Made by a program: the position numbers and the translations under genes
IMG/VR virus record: IMGVR_UViG_3300020470_001313
Coordinates: 1-64,000 of that record
DNA: 64,000 nucleotides
Source: a virus
Direction: 5' to 3' (one strand)
The notes under the pieces: generated by a model
The model's database searches: none
What the model saw: only the letters and a program-made list of their open reading frames with translations
What the model was told of the DNA's origin: nothing
In this document: positions 26,151 through 36,280 of the stretch, piece after piece
Layout of the letters: each line of letters starts with the position of its first letter
Numbering within the stretch: position 1 is the first letter of the stretch

Positions 26151-27120
26151 GTGCTTGCATTAATTCTGGCGTGAAGTACTTTTCTGGCTCGGCAAGAATA
26201 GCTGACGGATACACAGAACTATCCCCAACAACAATACGATTTCCTTTACGGGTAAAGACTCCGTACTTCTCACCCAATTCCAATAGTCCGTAATAACGGT
26301 CAAGTCCTTTGTCATAAAATAATCTAGTGGTTACTTCTGAATTTTCTTTAGAGAGTCTGCTTTTAGCTGTCTTAGCTTTGATAAGGTTTCCAACAACCTC
26401 TTTCGCACTCTTTTCCTTTTTTTTACTGAGATAAATGATTGTACTCGCGGCATATTTGAGACCAGAGCCGCCTCCCATTTCTTTAGTAGGGATGTAACTG
26501 CCGACAACATCGTAGGTATGGTTTGTAACTATAAGTGGAACGTTTGCCTTACCTAACTTCAGTGTAAGAACTCTAAAAATAGACTTGACAACTTGGGCAC
26601 GAGTCATATCACGAGTTTCCTTACCTGCTTCACTGTCCTCTATCTCCTTGGTGGTACTTAGCATACCAAGTGAATCAAGAACGAACATTAAAGGTTTACG
26701 TTCAGATGAATCCTGCTGTAAATATTTATCAAGAATCTTAATTGCCTGAGTTCTAAACTCTTGTACTGTTACTACAGGTACAATAACTATACGGTCACCA
26801 TCAATACCTTTCTCTTGAATCAAATCTTTTGACAAAGCAGATTCAGACTCAAAGTAAATGACACCTGCATCCTTATCCATCTCAAGGAAACTACGTACTA
26901 GTCCTAGGGCAAAGAATGTTTTACCTGTACTAGTCTCACCTGCTAAGGCAGTGATCTTATTAGATGGAAGACCACCATAGATAGATCCACTGCATAGTGC
27001 ATTGAAAATGTAACTGCCTGTATCAATGTAGTTAGCAGTATCACCTGCTGCTACACCATCAGAGACAATGGAAGCATACTCGTTTCCTATCTCTCCTACT
27101 ACATCTTTTAAAAAACTCAT
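26101..27120 (-). CDS. uvsX: RecA-like recombinase UvsX
   Basis: [30 protein letters not shown]. Confidence 0.98.
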   Translation of the reverse strand: MSFLKDVVGEIGNEYASIVSDGVAAGDTANYIDTGSYIFNALCSGSIYGGLPSNKITALAGETSTGKTFFALGLVRSFLEMDKDAGVIYFESESALSKDLIQEKGIDGDRIVIVPVVTVQEFRTQAIKILDKYLQQDSSERKPLMFVLDSLGMLSTTKEIEDSEAGKETRDMTRAQVVKSIFRVLTLKLGKANVPLIVTNHTYDVVGSYIPTKEMGGGSGLKYAASTIIYLSKKKEKSAKEVVGNLIKAKTAKSRLSKENSEVTTRLFYDKGLDRYYGLLELGEKYGVFTRKGNRIVVGDSSVYPSAILAEPEKYFTPELMQALDECAQKEFSYGNETA

Positions 27121-29594
27121 CCGAATAAATGTTCTAAGGTTGCTACTTTCTCAGGTTTCCACCCGATTGTGTCAAGAATGACTTTCAGTGGATCTAGGAA
27201 ACTCTTCTGGAATTGTAAGTCATAATCCACTGATTTGTCAAGCCCCAATTCTTTGGGGAAGTCACTCATAAATGAAATGACATTTTCAACTATCTTGTTT
27301 GGTGTCTTTAGGTAAATGAATTTCACCTTCTCACCATCCTGTATTAGTGGGTACTTGTGGGTCAACTTATTTTTCTTGATATGATAGTTATAAAGGATAG
27401 CACCACGGACATGTATGGGTGTACCCTTACTATACAGTCCTGCTGGATTAGACCACTTTCTCACACCATTACATCCACGAGGGAATGCTATATCCTCTGG
27501 TGGCATTGATTCAAACTTCTCTCGGAAGTCAGCAATATACTTTTGTGCATCCTTCTCATCACCATTCATAATAACTTTAAGTGCTTCCTTAATAGCAATA
27601 CGACATGGTGCTGGTGTTGAGGATTTGACTGCCTCAATACCCATTATTTTAAGCTTTGGTTCTGCGAATCTGACTCCTTCTATGTCCCATGCATTTAAGA
27701 TGTATCGTTTTTTAGCAGTCCAGATACCTTTATTAGCAATGGTCTCACGTTTCATGAACATCTTCTGATCATAGGCACTTACGTAGTCGGCCAATTCTTG
27801 GTAAGAACTCGTAATATACTTTTCAAGTTCCACTTCACAGACCTTATTAAGGAACGTGACAATGCTTTCATCAGTTTTCTCTCTGCCCTTGTATACAGTG
27901 TCAACCAAAGGACCCAAGTTAAGGTAAATACTATCGGTATCAGCAGCAATAACATAATCTTCTCCAGTAGTTTTAAGTATCTTATTCAGATACTGATTCA
28001 TTTTGTTTTCAATCCAACGGATGCTAACTTGACCCGATAGAGTAATCGCCTCAGCATTAGCCAAGTTGTAATATCTAAAGTATTGGTTTCCAATAGCTCC
28101 ATAGGCACTGTTAAGTTGAATCTTGCGAGCCATCTGGATGTTATTGAATTTGCTAATATCTCTCTGTAGTTTTGCACTTGGGTTAGTTTCATTATCCCGC
28201 TTCGCTTGAAGCATTTTCTTCTTATAGATCGTACGCTCATTGTAAATAGTCTCCATCATTTCAGGTAGGAAACCACGTATATCTTTACGGTACTGAGCAC
28301 CGTTAGCACACGTAGCAAACTTAGAATCAAACTCAACTTCTTCGTTTAGAATCCCCTCAACGCTCGCGCTGGAATGTCTAGTCTCCCAGAGTGTTTCGGG
28401 TGAGATGTTGTACTGCATGATGAGATGAGGATACAGACTGTTAAGGTCAAAAGAAACAACCCACTTATATAACCCAGGTATAGGCTCCTTAACGAAAGCT
28501 CCTGCATACTTCTCATCTTTCTTTTCACGTTTCTTAGGAGGTACGACAAAGTTTTTCTTCTTAAGGTAATTATATATCATAGTATCCCACATGCGAACTT
28601 GGGAATAAACGTCATCAAAGTTAACCTTAGCATCGTAAGCCATTGTCACTGCTAGTTCTAACAGTTTCATCTTGTCTTCAAGACGGTCAACAAGTTCAAC
28701 GTCCTTTATGTTGTAATCAATAAATTTCTGCCAATCTCTAGTATAGAACTCCTTAAAATTATCATACTCACTGTGGTCTAATTTCTTCTGACCTAGTTCT
28801 ACGTTAGCAATGTAATCAAGACGATAAGATTCCTGATTAGTATAGGTAAACTTCTTATATAAGTCTAAGTAGTCTAGGATTGATACACCACATATATCAT
28901 AGTAAATATTACGACGACCCTGAATATAAACCTCTTCCTCATCTACCTTATTCCAAGGTGATAAAGACTTCATCCACTTCTCACCTAAGATACGTGATAC
29001 TCTACGACAAATATAAGGTATATCATATAGGTTACAGTTCCATCCTGTTACAATGTCAGGAGTATTCTGTGCCCACCAGTTAATAAAGTGAGAAAGCATC
29101 TCACGTTCGTCTTTACAAATATAATGTTCATGCTCTGTTTCAAATTCTCTTGTACCCCATACAATAAATTTCTTAGTTGCTAGATCTCTTACTGTAATAC
29201 ACAGCATTTCTTCTGCTGCTGCATCTACATCAGGGAATCCATTCTCACAAGCAACCTCAATATCAATCGTTAGGATATTCATTTGATCCATACGATAGTC
29301 TACCTCACCCTCAAACTCACTGGAGATAAACTGGTATAAGTAACGGTCATATCCGTGAACTTCTACACCCTCTACACCATGATATCTGTCCGCAAAGTCT
29401 CGTGCCTCACGAACAGTATTAAAGTTAACAGGTTTTACATCACGTCCACCTAATGTCTTCCACTTCTCCTTTTTATTACTGGTAATATAAAGAGTTGGAG
29501 AAAACTGGAAGCGATGTTCTACTCGCTCCCCTCCCTCATACCCTCTATAGAGGATAGTGTTACCAAGAAGTTGGACGTTAGTGTAGAAACTCAT
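27117..29594 (-). CDS. g43: DNA polymerase family B gp43
   Basis: DIEV exonuclease, [26 protein letters not shown]; uninterrupted. Confidence 0.99.
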   Translation of the reverse strand: MSFYTNVQLLGNTILYRGYEGGERVEHRFQFSPTLYITSNKKEKWKTLGGRDVKPVNFNTVREARDFADRYHGVEGVEVHGYDRYLYQFISSEFEGEVDYRMDQMNILTIDIEVACENGFPDVDAAAEEMLCITVRDLATKKFIVWGTREFETEHEHYICKDEREMLSHFINWWAQNTPDIVTGWNCNLYDIPYICRRVSRILGEKWMKSLSPWNKVDEEEVYIQGRRNIYYDICGVSILDYLDLYKKFTYTNQESYRLDYIANVELGQKKLDHSEYDNFKEFYTRDWQKFIDYNIKDVELVDRLEDKMKLLELAVTMAYDAKVNFDDVYSQVRMWDTMIYNYLKKKNFVVPPKKREKKDEKYAGAFVKEPIPGLYKWVVSFDLNSLYPHLIMQYNISPETLWETRHSSASVEGILNEEVEFDSKFATCANGAQYRKDIRGFLPEMMETIYNERTIYKKKMLQAKRDNETNPSAKLQRDISKFNNIQMARKIQLNSAYGAIGNQYFRYYNLANAEAITLSGQVSIRWIENKMNQYLNKILKTTGEDYVIAADTDSIYLNLGPLVDTVYKGREKTDESIVTFLNKVCEVELEKYITSSYQELADYVSAYDQKMFMKRETIANKGIWTAKKRYILNAWDIEGVRFAEPKLKIMGIEAVKSSTPAPCRIAIKEALKVIMNGDEKDAQKYIADFREKFESMPPEDIAFPRGCNGVRKWSNPAGLYSKGTPIHVRGAILYNYHIKKNKLTHKYPLIQDGEKVKFIYLKTPNKIVENVISFMSDFPKELGLDKSVDYDLQFQKSFLDPLKVILDTIGWKPEKVATLEHLFG

Positions 29595-29851
29595 TCAGTA
29601 GGTGGTTTCGCAGGTACAGTAGACTCATAAAGTTCCACCATCGTGGCACTTGGATCCACTATAGTAAAGATTGACTCAGATGTCAAGAACAAATCACGTT
29701 GTGCTGAATACTTTGGATATACTTCCAACTGATCGTTCACAATCTTGAAGCAGTCTTGGATGAAGAGACTAGGTTCCTCATCCAATTCTTCTATTCTTCC
29801 TATGAGATAGTCATTTAGACCACCGTTCTTAAGTAGTACTACCTTGATCAT
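29591..29851 (-). CDS. Conserved hypothetical protein
   Basis: 86-aa ORF at usual position upstream of g43. Confidence 0.7.
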   Translation of the reverse strand: MIKVVLLKNGGLNDYLIGRIEELDEEPSLFIQDCFKIVNDQLEVYPKYSAQRDLFLTSESIFTIVDPSATMVELYESTVPAKPPTE

Positions 29852-30233
29852 TTTTAGATTCCTTTGCTTCTATGAGTTCATTATACTTTTCGGTTACCTG
29901 ACCATGAGGATCATAGACTGTAACCACTTCTTCTAAACGAACAAAAAATTCTTTGTTAGTCGCTAATGGACACCAAGGATATAGGATAAGATTAGGGTTC
30001 TTATCAATCTGTTCTTGGTTCTCTGGAAGGATTTCAGGTTCATCTTCTAAAGACTCATCACCCTCACCCCATAGTTCCATTTCAATTTCAGACTGATCAT
30101 CTAAAATGACTGAGTAAGGATTCTTAAAACAAAAGGCGATAGCAGTTTTGTTAGTGTCTTCTTTAGCACTGACTTCTTTAATGTCAGCGATGACATCTTC
30201 ACCGCTTTTTAGTCTTGCGATTTTTACGCTCAT
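29829..30233 (-). CDS. Conserved hypothetical protein (Sm-like fold)
   Basis: LKSGEDVIADIKE...LYPWCPL. Confidence 0.75.
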   Translation of the reverse strand: MSVKIARLKSGEDVIADIKEVSAKEDTNKTAIAFCFKNPYSVILDDQSEIEMELWGEGDESLEDEPEILPENQEQIDKNPNLILYPWCPLATNKEFFVRLEEVVTVYDPHGQVTEKYNELIEAKESKNDQGSTT

Positions 30234-30441
30234 AACTCTTTGCTGAAATTGTGTTAATGCTTTGACTAATTATGTCCTTAAGGACTTTGTTTGTATGAGT
30301 ACCTTTGTCATATGCAATGTTACGAGCATATTCCAATACGTCCTCCATCATATACGATGGGAGCTCAATTGTCAAGACCTCCCTATCACCACTATATGAA
30401 GGTGGTGAAAAATTATAGTAAAAGTTCATAGTTTTTCCCAA
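30199..30441 (-). CDS. Hypothetical protein
   Basis: 80-aa ORF. Confidence 0.55.
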   Translation of the reverse strand: MGKTMNFYYNFSPPSYSGDREVLTIELPSYMMEDVLEYARNIAYDKGTHTNKVLKDIISQSINTISAKSYERKNRKTKKR

Positions 30442-30442
30442 T

Positions 30443-30468
30443 AAAAAGAGAACCCCGAAGGGTTCTCT
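30443..30468 (-). terminator. Intrinsic terminator after OMP gene
   Basis: AGAGAACCC-TTCG-GGGTTCTCT plus T-run on minus strand. Confidence 0.9.
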
Positions 30469-30502
30469 ATTCAGTTATACACTATATATCAGATTCTGAT
30501 TA

Positions 30503-30886
30503 TCAGAATGTGAATTTAACTCCTGCTTTAGCACCCCAGTTAACTAGTGAGTCGCCATTAGCGTCCTCATCAGTAGCACCTGATAGCTCACCGTATACAG
30601 ATGTAGCTTCAGCGATTGCATAAGATGCACCAACCTTACCAGAGAAATCTACGTCTGTATCATCAGCAGATTCTGAATGGTTAACTTGAGGACCACCTTG
30701 TACGTAGTAAGCTACTTTACCTTCGCCACCTTCATATCCAACGTGGATATCTGTAGCTGCTGAGGAGTACTCTCCATCAGGATAAGAAAGGTTGCTCTCA
30801 ACATTCACATATGGACCAGCAAAAGCTGCACCAGCGAGAAGGAATGGAGATGCTGCTACCGCAGCGATTGTTGATTTGATAGACAT
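30503..30886 (-). CDS. Small outer-membrane beta-barrel protein
   Basis: Signal peptide ending AAFA, alternating beta-strand pattern, C-terminal GVKFTF (terminal Phe). Confidence 0.85.
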   Translation of the reverse strand: MSIKSTIAAVAASPFLLAGAAFAGPYVNVESNLSYPDGEYSSAATDIHVGYEGGEGKVAYYVQGGPQVNHSESADDTDVDFSGKVGASYAIAEATSVYGELSGATDEDANGDSLVNWGAKAGVKFTF

Positions 30887-31007
30887 GTTAATTTTTAAAA
30901 GTATCTCGCAAGAAAAAACCCTGCGGATGATAGATTCCCCGACATGGGAATCTTTGTAACATCTGACGCAGGGTACGATCTTTCGGGCCTGTGTAGTTAT
31001 GTTAAGT

Positions 31008-31053
31008 TATTTATAATACCAGAACGTTAAGAATTTGTCAAGGGGTGACAGTT
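31008..31053 (-). promoter_or_regulatory. Dual early/late promoter of OMP gene
   Basis: AACTGTCAC upstream box (31053-31045), TTGACA(31041-31036)-17-TATTAT, overlapping TATAAATA (31015-31008). Confidence 0.8.
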
Positions 31054-31070
31054 TCTAAAGTGTCCCAACC

Positions 31071-31508
31071 TTAGAACCATTCTTTTCTGGCATGATGTTC
31101 AGGCACAATCTTCTTCAGCACGATAGTAAGAAGACCATCCTCAAACGTAACTTCCTTGACTTCGGTGTCATCAGTAAGAGTCCATGTTCTAGTAAAGGAT
31201 CTCTGAGCAAGTCCTTTATGGTAGTAAGTTACGTCATCCTCTTTTTCATCCTGATTACCTTCTACAACGAGTTTACCATACTCAGTGTAGACCTTAACGT
31301 CATCTTTTTTAAATCCAGCAAGTGCAATCTCCAAACGTGACTCCACGTTATTAACAGTTACAAGATTGTATGGTGGATAATTACTTTGCGGTGTTGCTAT
31401 ATTGAAGAAACGATCAAAGTACTCATCGTTGAGTCCAATACTGTGCTTAGAGATCTTATCAAAAAGTTCAGGAAGATCTGACGCACGATAGCGTGTTAAA
31501 TTAGTCAT
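31071..31508 (-). CDS. hsp20: Small heat-shock protein
   Basis: NYPPYN, EIALAGF, HKGLAQRSFTRTW, FEDGLLTI. Confidence 0.97.
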   Translation of the reverse strand: MTNLTRYRASDLPELFDKISKHSIGLNDEYFDRFFNIATPQSNYPPYNLVTVNNVESRLEIALAGFKKDDVKVYTEYGKLVVEGNQDEKEDDVTYYHKGLAQRSFTRTWTLTDDTEVKEVTFEDGLLTIVLKKIVPEHHARKEWF

Positions 31509-31515
31509 TGTTATG

Positions 31516-31569
31516 CTCCTTATAAAGCGAGTTTTATTTTGGTGTCCCCGAAGGCGACATAACTATTTA
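31516..31569 (-). promoter_or_regulatory. hsp20 leader: late TAAATA plus ROSE-like RBS-sequestering hairpin
   Basis: CUC-G-CUU-UAU-AAGGAG (31531-31516); upstream UUCG hairpin (31559-31543). Confidence 0.6.
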
Positions 31570-31640
31570 ACCACAGACACTAGATATAGTATAGGGTGGA
31601 TACCATAATATTTCCTTCGGTTTTCTAGAATAAAAGTAGG

Positions 31641-31648
31641 TATAAATA
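31641..31648 (+). promoter_or_regulatory. T4-type late promoter TATAAATA
   Basis: Exact gp55 consensus 25 nt upstream of the plus-strand operon. Confidence 0.85.
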
Positions 31649-31673
31649 GCCTTAGGTTAGACAATGTGAAGAT

Positions 31674-32177
31674 ATGAAAAGATTTCTTCCTTTCGTTATG
31701 CTTGCTGGACTAGGTGTTGTGGTAGCAAACCCTGTTAAAGCTGATATTACAACAAGATTTTCATCTAGTGTTCAACTAAGTGTTGGAGGTGCTTCAACTC
31801 AAGCTGAGAGGGTGGGATCGTCATTCTCAATTTCAGGTAGTGGAGTAAATACAACTGATGGAACCACGGCTGGCACGATTAGTGCTGGTACTATAACTTC
31901 AGGAGTATATGCTCCTGGGACGATTGCTGCCACCCAAGCTAGTAATGGCGCAGCATTTAGCTTTGCCCAGTCATATACTCAAGCCGATGCGGTCCCAACA
32001 AGTGCCGTTACTGTAGGTGCATCACAAAACTTTAGTGATACATACAGTGTTGCTGGTGGAACTGTTGGCGATCTTGCTGGTTCTGTCACTAGTTCTCATG
32101 GATTTAGTGGTGTAGAGGCTGGTGGAGCAAATACATCTGCGACTTCTCAGTTCGTAACTGAAGTCACAATCAGGTAA
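31674..32177 (+). CDS. Secreted Ser/Thr/Gly-rich protein
   Basis: Signal peptide MKRFLPFVMLAGLGVVVANPVKA. Confidence 0.85.
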   Translation: MKRFLPFVMLAGLGVVVANPVKADITTRFSSSVQLSVGGASTQAERVGSSFSISGSGVNTTDGTTAGTISAGTITSGVYAPGTIAATQASNGAAFSFAQSYTQADAVPTSAVTVGASQNFSDTYSVAGGTVGDLAGSVTSSHGFSGVEAGGANTSATSQFVTEVTIR

Positions 32178-32181
32178 GACG

Positions 32182-32613
32182 ATGAGACGAGTTATAGCAT
32201 TACTATGGCTTAGTCTTTTGGGATCTGCTGCTAACGCAGTGCCAGTGGTCCCAAATTTTACCCAGGGCTCTATGACTAGTCATACAGAAACTACGTCTAA
32301 GGTAACTGAGACGATTAATAGCATGGATTATGCTACAGGCTGGCAGTATTCAGTTACTGGTACAGGCATTCAACACGATGGTTCCTCAATTACACCAGGA
32401 ACAACATCATCTACGAATACAATTGATGGGGTGACTTCAACATGGACAGGATTGGATTTAAACAACAAACCCAACTGGACACAAACAACACCAGGTGCAG
32501 CATTTCAGATGACGGAAACGTATCTCGGACCTGGGCTTCAAAATCAGACAATAATTCAAAGAGTGACCGAGGTAACAAGCGTCACCGACACAACAAGTAT
32601 CTTCTCGCAATAG
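32182..32613 (+). CDS. Secreted Thr-rich protein
   Basis: Signal peptide then VPVVPNFTQGSMTSHTET. Confidence 0.85.
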   Translation: MRRVIALLWLSLLGSAANAVPVVPNFTQGSMTSHTETTSKVTETINSMDYATGWQYSVTGTGIQHDGSSITPGTTSSTNTIDGVTSTWTGLDLNNKPNWTQTTPGAAFQMTETYLGPGLQNQTIIQRVTEVTSVTDTTSIFSQ

Positions 32614-33443
32614 GGAGTTCCCTTGCTATAACAGGGTTCTTACCAGTTAATGTCTATGCTCAGACAGACGTTGGTGGTGTATCAGCAACCGCCAATCCTG
32701 TCGCTAATTCTTCTGGCTCAGTCACCAACCAGGCAATACAAGTTTTACAAGGTCCATACATAACTAATACTTATGGTGGTGGTATTCAATGCCAAGGACC
32801 TACCCTCAACATCACACCATACGTCACACGAACGATGTCATGGCAGGATCCGTTTGAGGCATACTATAATGATCCAGTCTACAACAACGTTGATGCTAAT
32901 GACGATGGTGTTCCTGATAATCCTGGAGAAGTTTTATATTACGTACCTACTAGAACTGGACAAAAGGATACTCACAACTGGTCAGTAGGTGTATCAGCAA
33001 CTATATCTCACCCATTAGATAAAAAATTACAAAACCAATGTAAGGAAGCTGTAGCAGTTCAAATAGATTTACAACGACAATTAACTGCTAATAAAAGATT
33101 AGACTTTGAGATCGCAAGACTTAAAAATTGTGGTGAACTCAAGAAAGCTGGAATAATGTTTCATCCAAAATCACCTTATGCAGGGGTATGTGCCGATGTT
33201 ATGTTGGTAAATCCACCTGGTGTAGTAGCACAACATACACATACTATAGACAAAGGTTCTTTAACTCCTAAAGCAAATGGAACTGCTGAAAATCTAGGAA
33301 CATTCTCTATTGGCAATCCTATTTCTTCTTCTTCCGAGTCAACTTCAAAGGAGGAAGACCTTTCTTCAAACGATACTGGTCTGCCAACACTTCAGATCGG
33401 GACGGTTTCGGAGGAGTCTTCCCAAGAATCGTCTGAACCTTAG
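32442..33443 (+). CDS. Secreted/membrane-associated protein (start uncertain)
   Basis: Internal signal-peptide-like KYLLAIGSSLAITGFLPVNVYA, then Cys-containing body and DANDDGVPD Ca-binding-like loop. Confidence 0.8.
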   Translation: MDRIGFKQQTQLDTNNTRCSISDDGNVSRTWASKSDNNSKSDRGNKRHRHNKYLLAIGSSLAITGFLPVNVYAQTDVGGVSATANPVANSSGSVTNQAIQVLQGPYITNTYGGGIQCQGPTLNITPYVTRTMSWQDPFEAYYNDPVYNNVDANDDGVPDNPGEVLYYVPTRTGQKDTHNWSVGVSATISHPLDKKLQNQCKEAVAVQIDLQRQLTANKRLDFEIARLKNCGELKKAGIMFHPKSPYAGVCADVMLVNPPGVVAQHTHTIDKGSLTPKANGTAENLGTFSIGNPISSSSESTSKEEDLSSNDTGLPTLQIGTVSEESSQESSEP

Positions 33444-34170
33444 TTATCACCTTCTTCACAACAGGTTTCACAACCTTCAGGAGAAGATCAGCAAGAGGTT
33501 TTGCAAGAAGTGCTGAAGTTGTTGCAGCAACAGCAATTCCAGCCGTAGTTGTTACAACATTAGCACTCGGTAAATATTTTTCTACTACAGTTAATTCTTC
33601 ATAGAGAGTCACACAGATCTTTTCTGTAGGGTTATTAGGATCTACCTGTAACTCATAACCAGATACTGCTTCATTTCCACTCTGAGCCACGTCACCTATT
33701 CTAGGAGCATTAGGTGGTGGACAGGGTGGATCTTCTTTTGTATCTGTCTTAGGTATTGATGGTGCCTCTACTTCAGGTGCAGGAGGTACTTCCTGATTAG
33801 GTACTTTAGGAACTGGTGCTTCAGTAGTAATAGTCAACTGTTCAGGTTCATAGTCCATAGGACTGAATGAAGGAGTACCTGCATCGCAGTAAGTTCGTAC
33901 TCCTTTAGGATCATTATCTACTAGACTACCTGCCTTACCCTCATCTTCACTATGTGCTTCTACACATCCTGGCATATCAACTATAGGCTTTCCCAATACA
34001 GAAGTAACAGGTACTACTGGTGAGATTGCCTGTGGTGGATTCGTTAACCATATTCTAGGACCATCAATGTTGATGTCCCTTATCTGACTAACGCTAACAT
34101 TAATTTGTCTGATTCCTATTTGGGGTATTGACGCATCACGTACCCCAATCTGGGGTATCTCTGACATCAA
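33319..34170 (-). CDS. Pro-rich membrane-anchored protein
   Basis: PQIG repeats, Cys pairs, C-terminal TM helix and basic tail. Confidence 0.8.
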   Translation of the reverse strand: MMSEIPQIGVRDASIPQIGIRQINVSVSQIRDINIDGPRIWLTNPPQAISPVVPVTSVLGKPIVDMPGCVEAHSEDEGKAGSLVDNDPKGVRTYCDAGTPSFSPMDYEPEQLTITTEAPVPKVPNQEVPPAPEVEAPSIPKTDTKEDPPCPPPNAPRIGDVAQSGNEAVSGYELQVDPNNPTEKICVTLYEELTVVEKYLPSANVVTTTAGIAVAATTSALLAKPLADLLLKVVKPVVKKVITKVQTILGKTPPKPSRSEVLADQYRLKKGLPPLKLTRKKKK

Positions 34171-34427
34171 AGGCTACCGATATTAGGATTAGGATCTGCC
34201 ATAGGAGCATCCATCATGACACCACCTGTAGCGGAGGGAACACTAGGAATTTCTGGGAGAGCAGTGTCCACCAATCCTGGCAATGCTCCAGTAACTGCTT
34301 CCATAACTTGAGATTTAACGCCATCAACGATGGATGCGCGATTAAGAAATAGAAATAGCCCACCGCCGACAACGGCAACAGATACAGCACCAGACGCAAG
34401 AGCAATGATGTTGACAATTTTCTGCAT
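34167..34427 (-). CDS. Small membrane protein
   Basis: N-terminal TM helix, Pro-rich tail. Confidence 0.75.
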   Translation of the reverse strand: MQKIVNIIALASGAVSVAVVGGGLFLFLNRASIVDGVKSQVMEAVTGALPGLVDTALPEIPSVPSATGGVMMDAPMADPNPNIGSL

Positions 34428-34453
34428 GGTAATTTTTTAACTAATAATATATA

Positions 34454-34612
34454 TCATTTATTATCACGTGCTTCACGTAGCATATCATTGACAGTGCGAT
34501 TTGCCTTAGCCAATTTTTCAATCCAAATCATATCTTCTATCGGTAATTCCAGACCATTTCTAATGTAATAGCATAGAGTCTGTGCTCTTTTTCTATAGTC
34601 AGTACTTAACAT
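34454..34612 (-). CDS. Hypothetical protein (52 aa, not in track)
   Basis: MLSTDYRKRAQTLCYYIRNGLELPIEDMIWIEKLAKANRTVNDMLREARDNK; GAGG RBS. Confidence 0.7.
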   Translation of the reverse strand: MLSTDYRKRAQTLCYYIRNGLELPIEDMIWIEKLAKANRTVNDMLREARDNK

Positions 34613-35604
34613 ACCTCACCTATAACCCACGACTTAACACCATTAGATTCCCAAATGATCTTACGAGCATCATACTCTACGTTTGGTGGAACAATAATAC
34701 AGAAACCTATACCCATGTTAAAGACTTTTCTCATCTCCTCATCAGGAAGTCTGTATGGTGTACCTGCTGGACCACTTCCAGCATTCTGTATCTTATCAAA
34801 TATAGGAGGTATATCCCATGAAGTATAATCTACATGAACATCAAGACCTTCTGGTAAACAACGTGGTAAATTACCTGGTATACCACCACCAGTTATATGT
34901 GCCATACCAACAATAGGAACTTCATCTAATAATTCATCTATCATACGATGATATATTCTTGTTGGTTCTATTAGTTCAGGAGTATCAGCAATTTTTATAT
35001 GTTGATGGAACAACATATTATTGATCATTGAATAACCATTACTATGGATGCCACTACTTGCTATACCAATAACCTTATCACCCTTTCTAATCAATTTCCC
35101 ATCAATAATCTCATTCTCTTCTACAATGCCTGTACAGAACCCTGCAAGGTCAAACTTACTATGACTATACATACGTGGCATTTCTGCTGTTTCTCCTCCT
35201 AGGAGGGCACAGGATGCCTCGTGACACCCATCACCTATACCAAATACAATCTGTTTGAGTACCTCCTCATCAATCTTACCAGTGGCAATATAATCTAAAA
35301 AATATAATGGTTTAGCACCTGATGTAATAACATCATTAACACACATTGCAACTAGATCTCTACCTACACAATAGTATGCTTCATCATTATTAAATGCAGC
35401 TGCTACATTTAATTTTGTACCTACTCCATCAGCACCTGATACTAGTACTGGTTTCTCATATCCTTCTGGGAGTCTCATCATCCCATTAAAACCACCAAAT
35501 CCACCCAATACTTCTGGAGTATGAGTGGACTTTACCTTTTCTGATATGAGATCTACAAATCGTTGACCTGCTTCTATGTCAACTCCGCATTCCTTGTAGT
35601 TCAT
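34606..35604 (-). CDS. purM: Phosphoribosylformylglycinamidine cyclo-ligase (AIR synthetase)
   Basis: YKECGVDI, DGVGTK, DLVAMCVND, GGETAEMP, SSGIHSNGYS, AHITGGG, VFNMGIG. Confidence 0.98.
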   Translation of the reverse strand: MNYKECGVDIEAGQRFVDLISEKVKSTHTPEVLGGFGGFNGMMRLPEGYEKPVLVSGADGVGTKLNVAAAFNNDEAYYCVGRDLVAMCVNDVITSGAKPLYFLDYIATGKIDEEVLKQIVFGIGDGCHEASCALLGGETAEMPRMYSHSKFDLAGFCTGIVEENEIIDGKLIRKGDKVIGIASSGIHSNGYSMINNMLFHQHIKIADTPELIEPTRIYHRMIDELLDEVPIVGMAHITGGGIPGNLPRCLPEGLDVHVDYTSWDIPPIFDKIQNAGSGPAGTPYRLPDEEMRKVFNMGIGFCIIVPPNVEYDARKIIWESNGVKSWVIGEVC

Positions 35605-36280
35605 TTATTAAAGGTTTGTCAAACAATACTGTATCTATATAGTTGCTTGCCCATTCCTTGTTAAATAATTTTTCTAATATACCACGAGTCTTATCATTCT
35701 TTTTTTGTTGGTTGCAGTAATGAATTTGATCATCAAGCCTCAACATAGTATTAACCCAGTTTGAATCTGGTTTAGATTCTAATACAAGATTACGATATAC
35801 ATGAAGATAATGTAGTACGAGACAATAGAAATTAACCATCTCTATGTTCTTATTGATACGCATAAACTTACAATAAGGTGAGAAGATCTCATCACCCCAT
35901 AATGGTATTGGTCTTCTTTCACTGAATTTATATTCGTTACTAAGTTCTCTAATGTCTTCCCAGTTATCAAAACCTCTTACAGGAGACACATCAACAATAG
36001 CAGCAGTTACTGTCTTACCTGTAGAAACTATATCACATCCAAAGATAGGTAGATTGTAATGAGGATTTGGAAAGAACACTGAATGTAGTATCTTCAAACC
36101 ATTTAGATTTGCTAACTCAAGATGCATCTTTCTAAGTGGAGGACACTTACTCATCTTATTTGTTATGAGTAGATCATCCTTCTTTACTTCAGGAATAGGA
36201 CTGTCTAATGGTTCTACATCAGGGAAATCTTCTATAACATCTGTAATTAAAGATGCCAAGTCATCTACTAAGTCACGCAT
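35579..36280 (-). CDS. pcyA: Phycocyanobilin:ferredoxin oxidoreductase
   Basis: RKMHLE, ILHSVFFP, LPIFGCDIV, AAIVDVSP, YCNQQKKNDKTR. Confidence 0.93.
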   Translation of the reverse strand: MRDLVDDLASLITDVIEDFPDVEPLDSPIPEVKKDDLLITNKMSKCPPLRKMHLELANLNGLKILHSVFFPNPHYNLPIFGCDIVSTGKTVTAAIVDVSPVRGFDNWEDIRELSNEYKFSERRPIPLWGDEIFSPYCKFMRINKNIEMVNFYCLVLHYLHVYRNLVLESKPDSNWVNTMLRLDDQIHYCNQQKKNDKTRGILEKLFNKEWASNYIDTVLFDKPLINELQGMRS

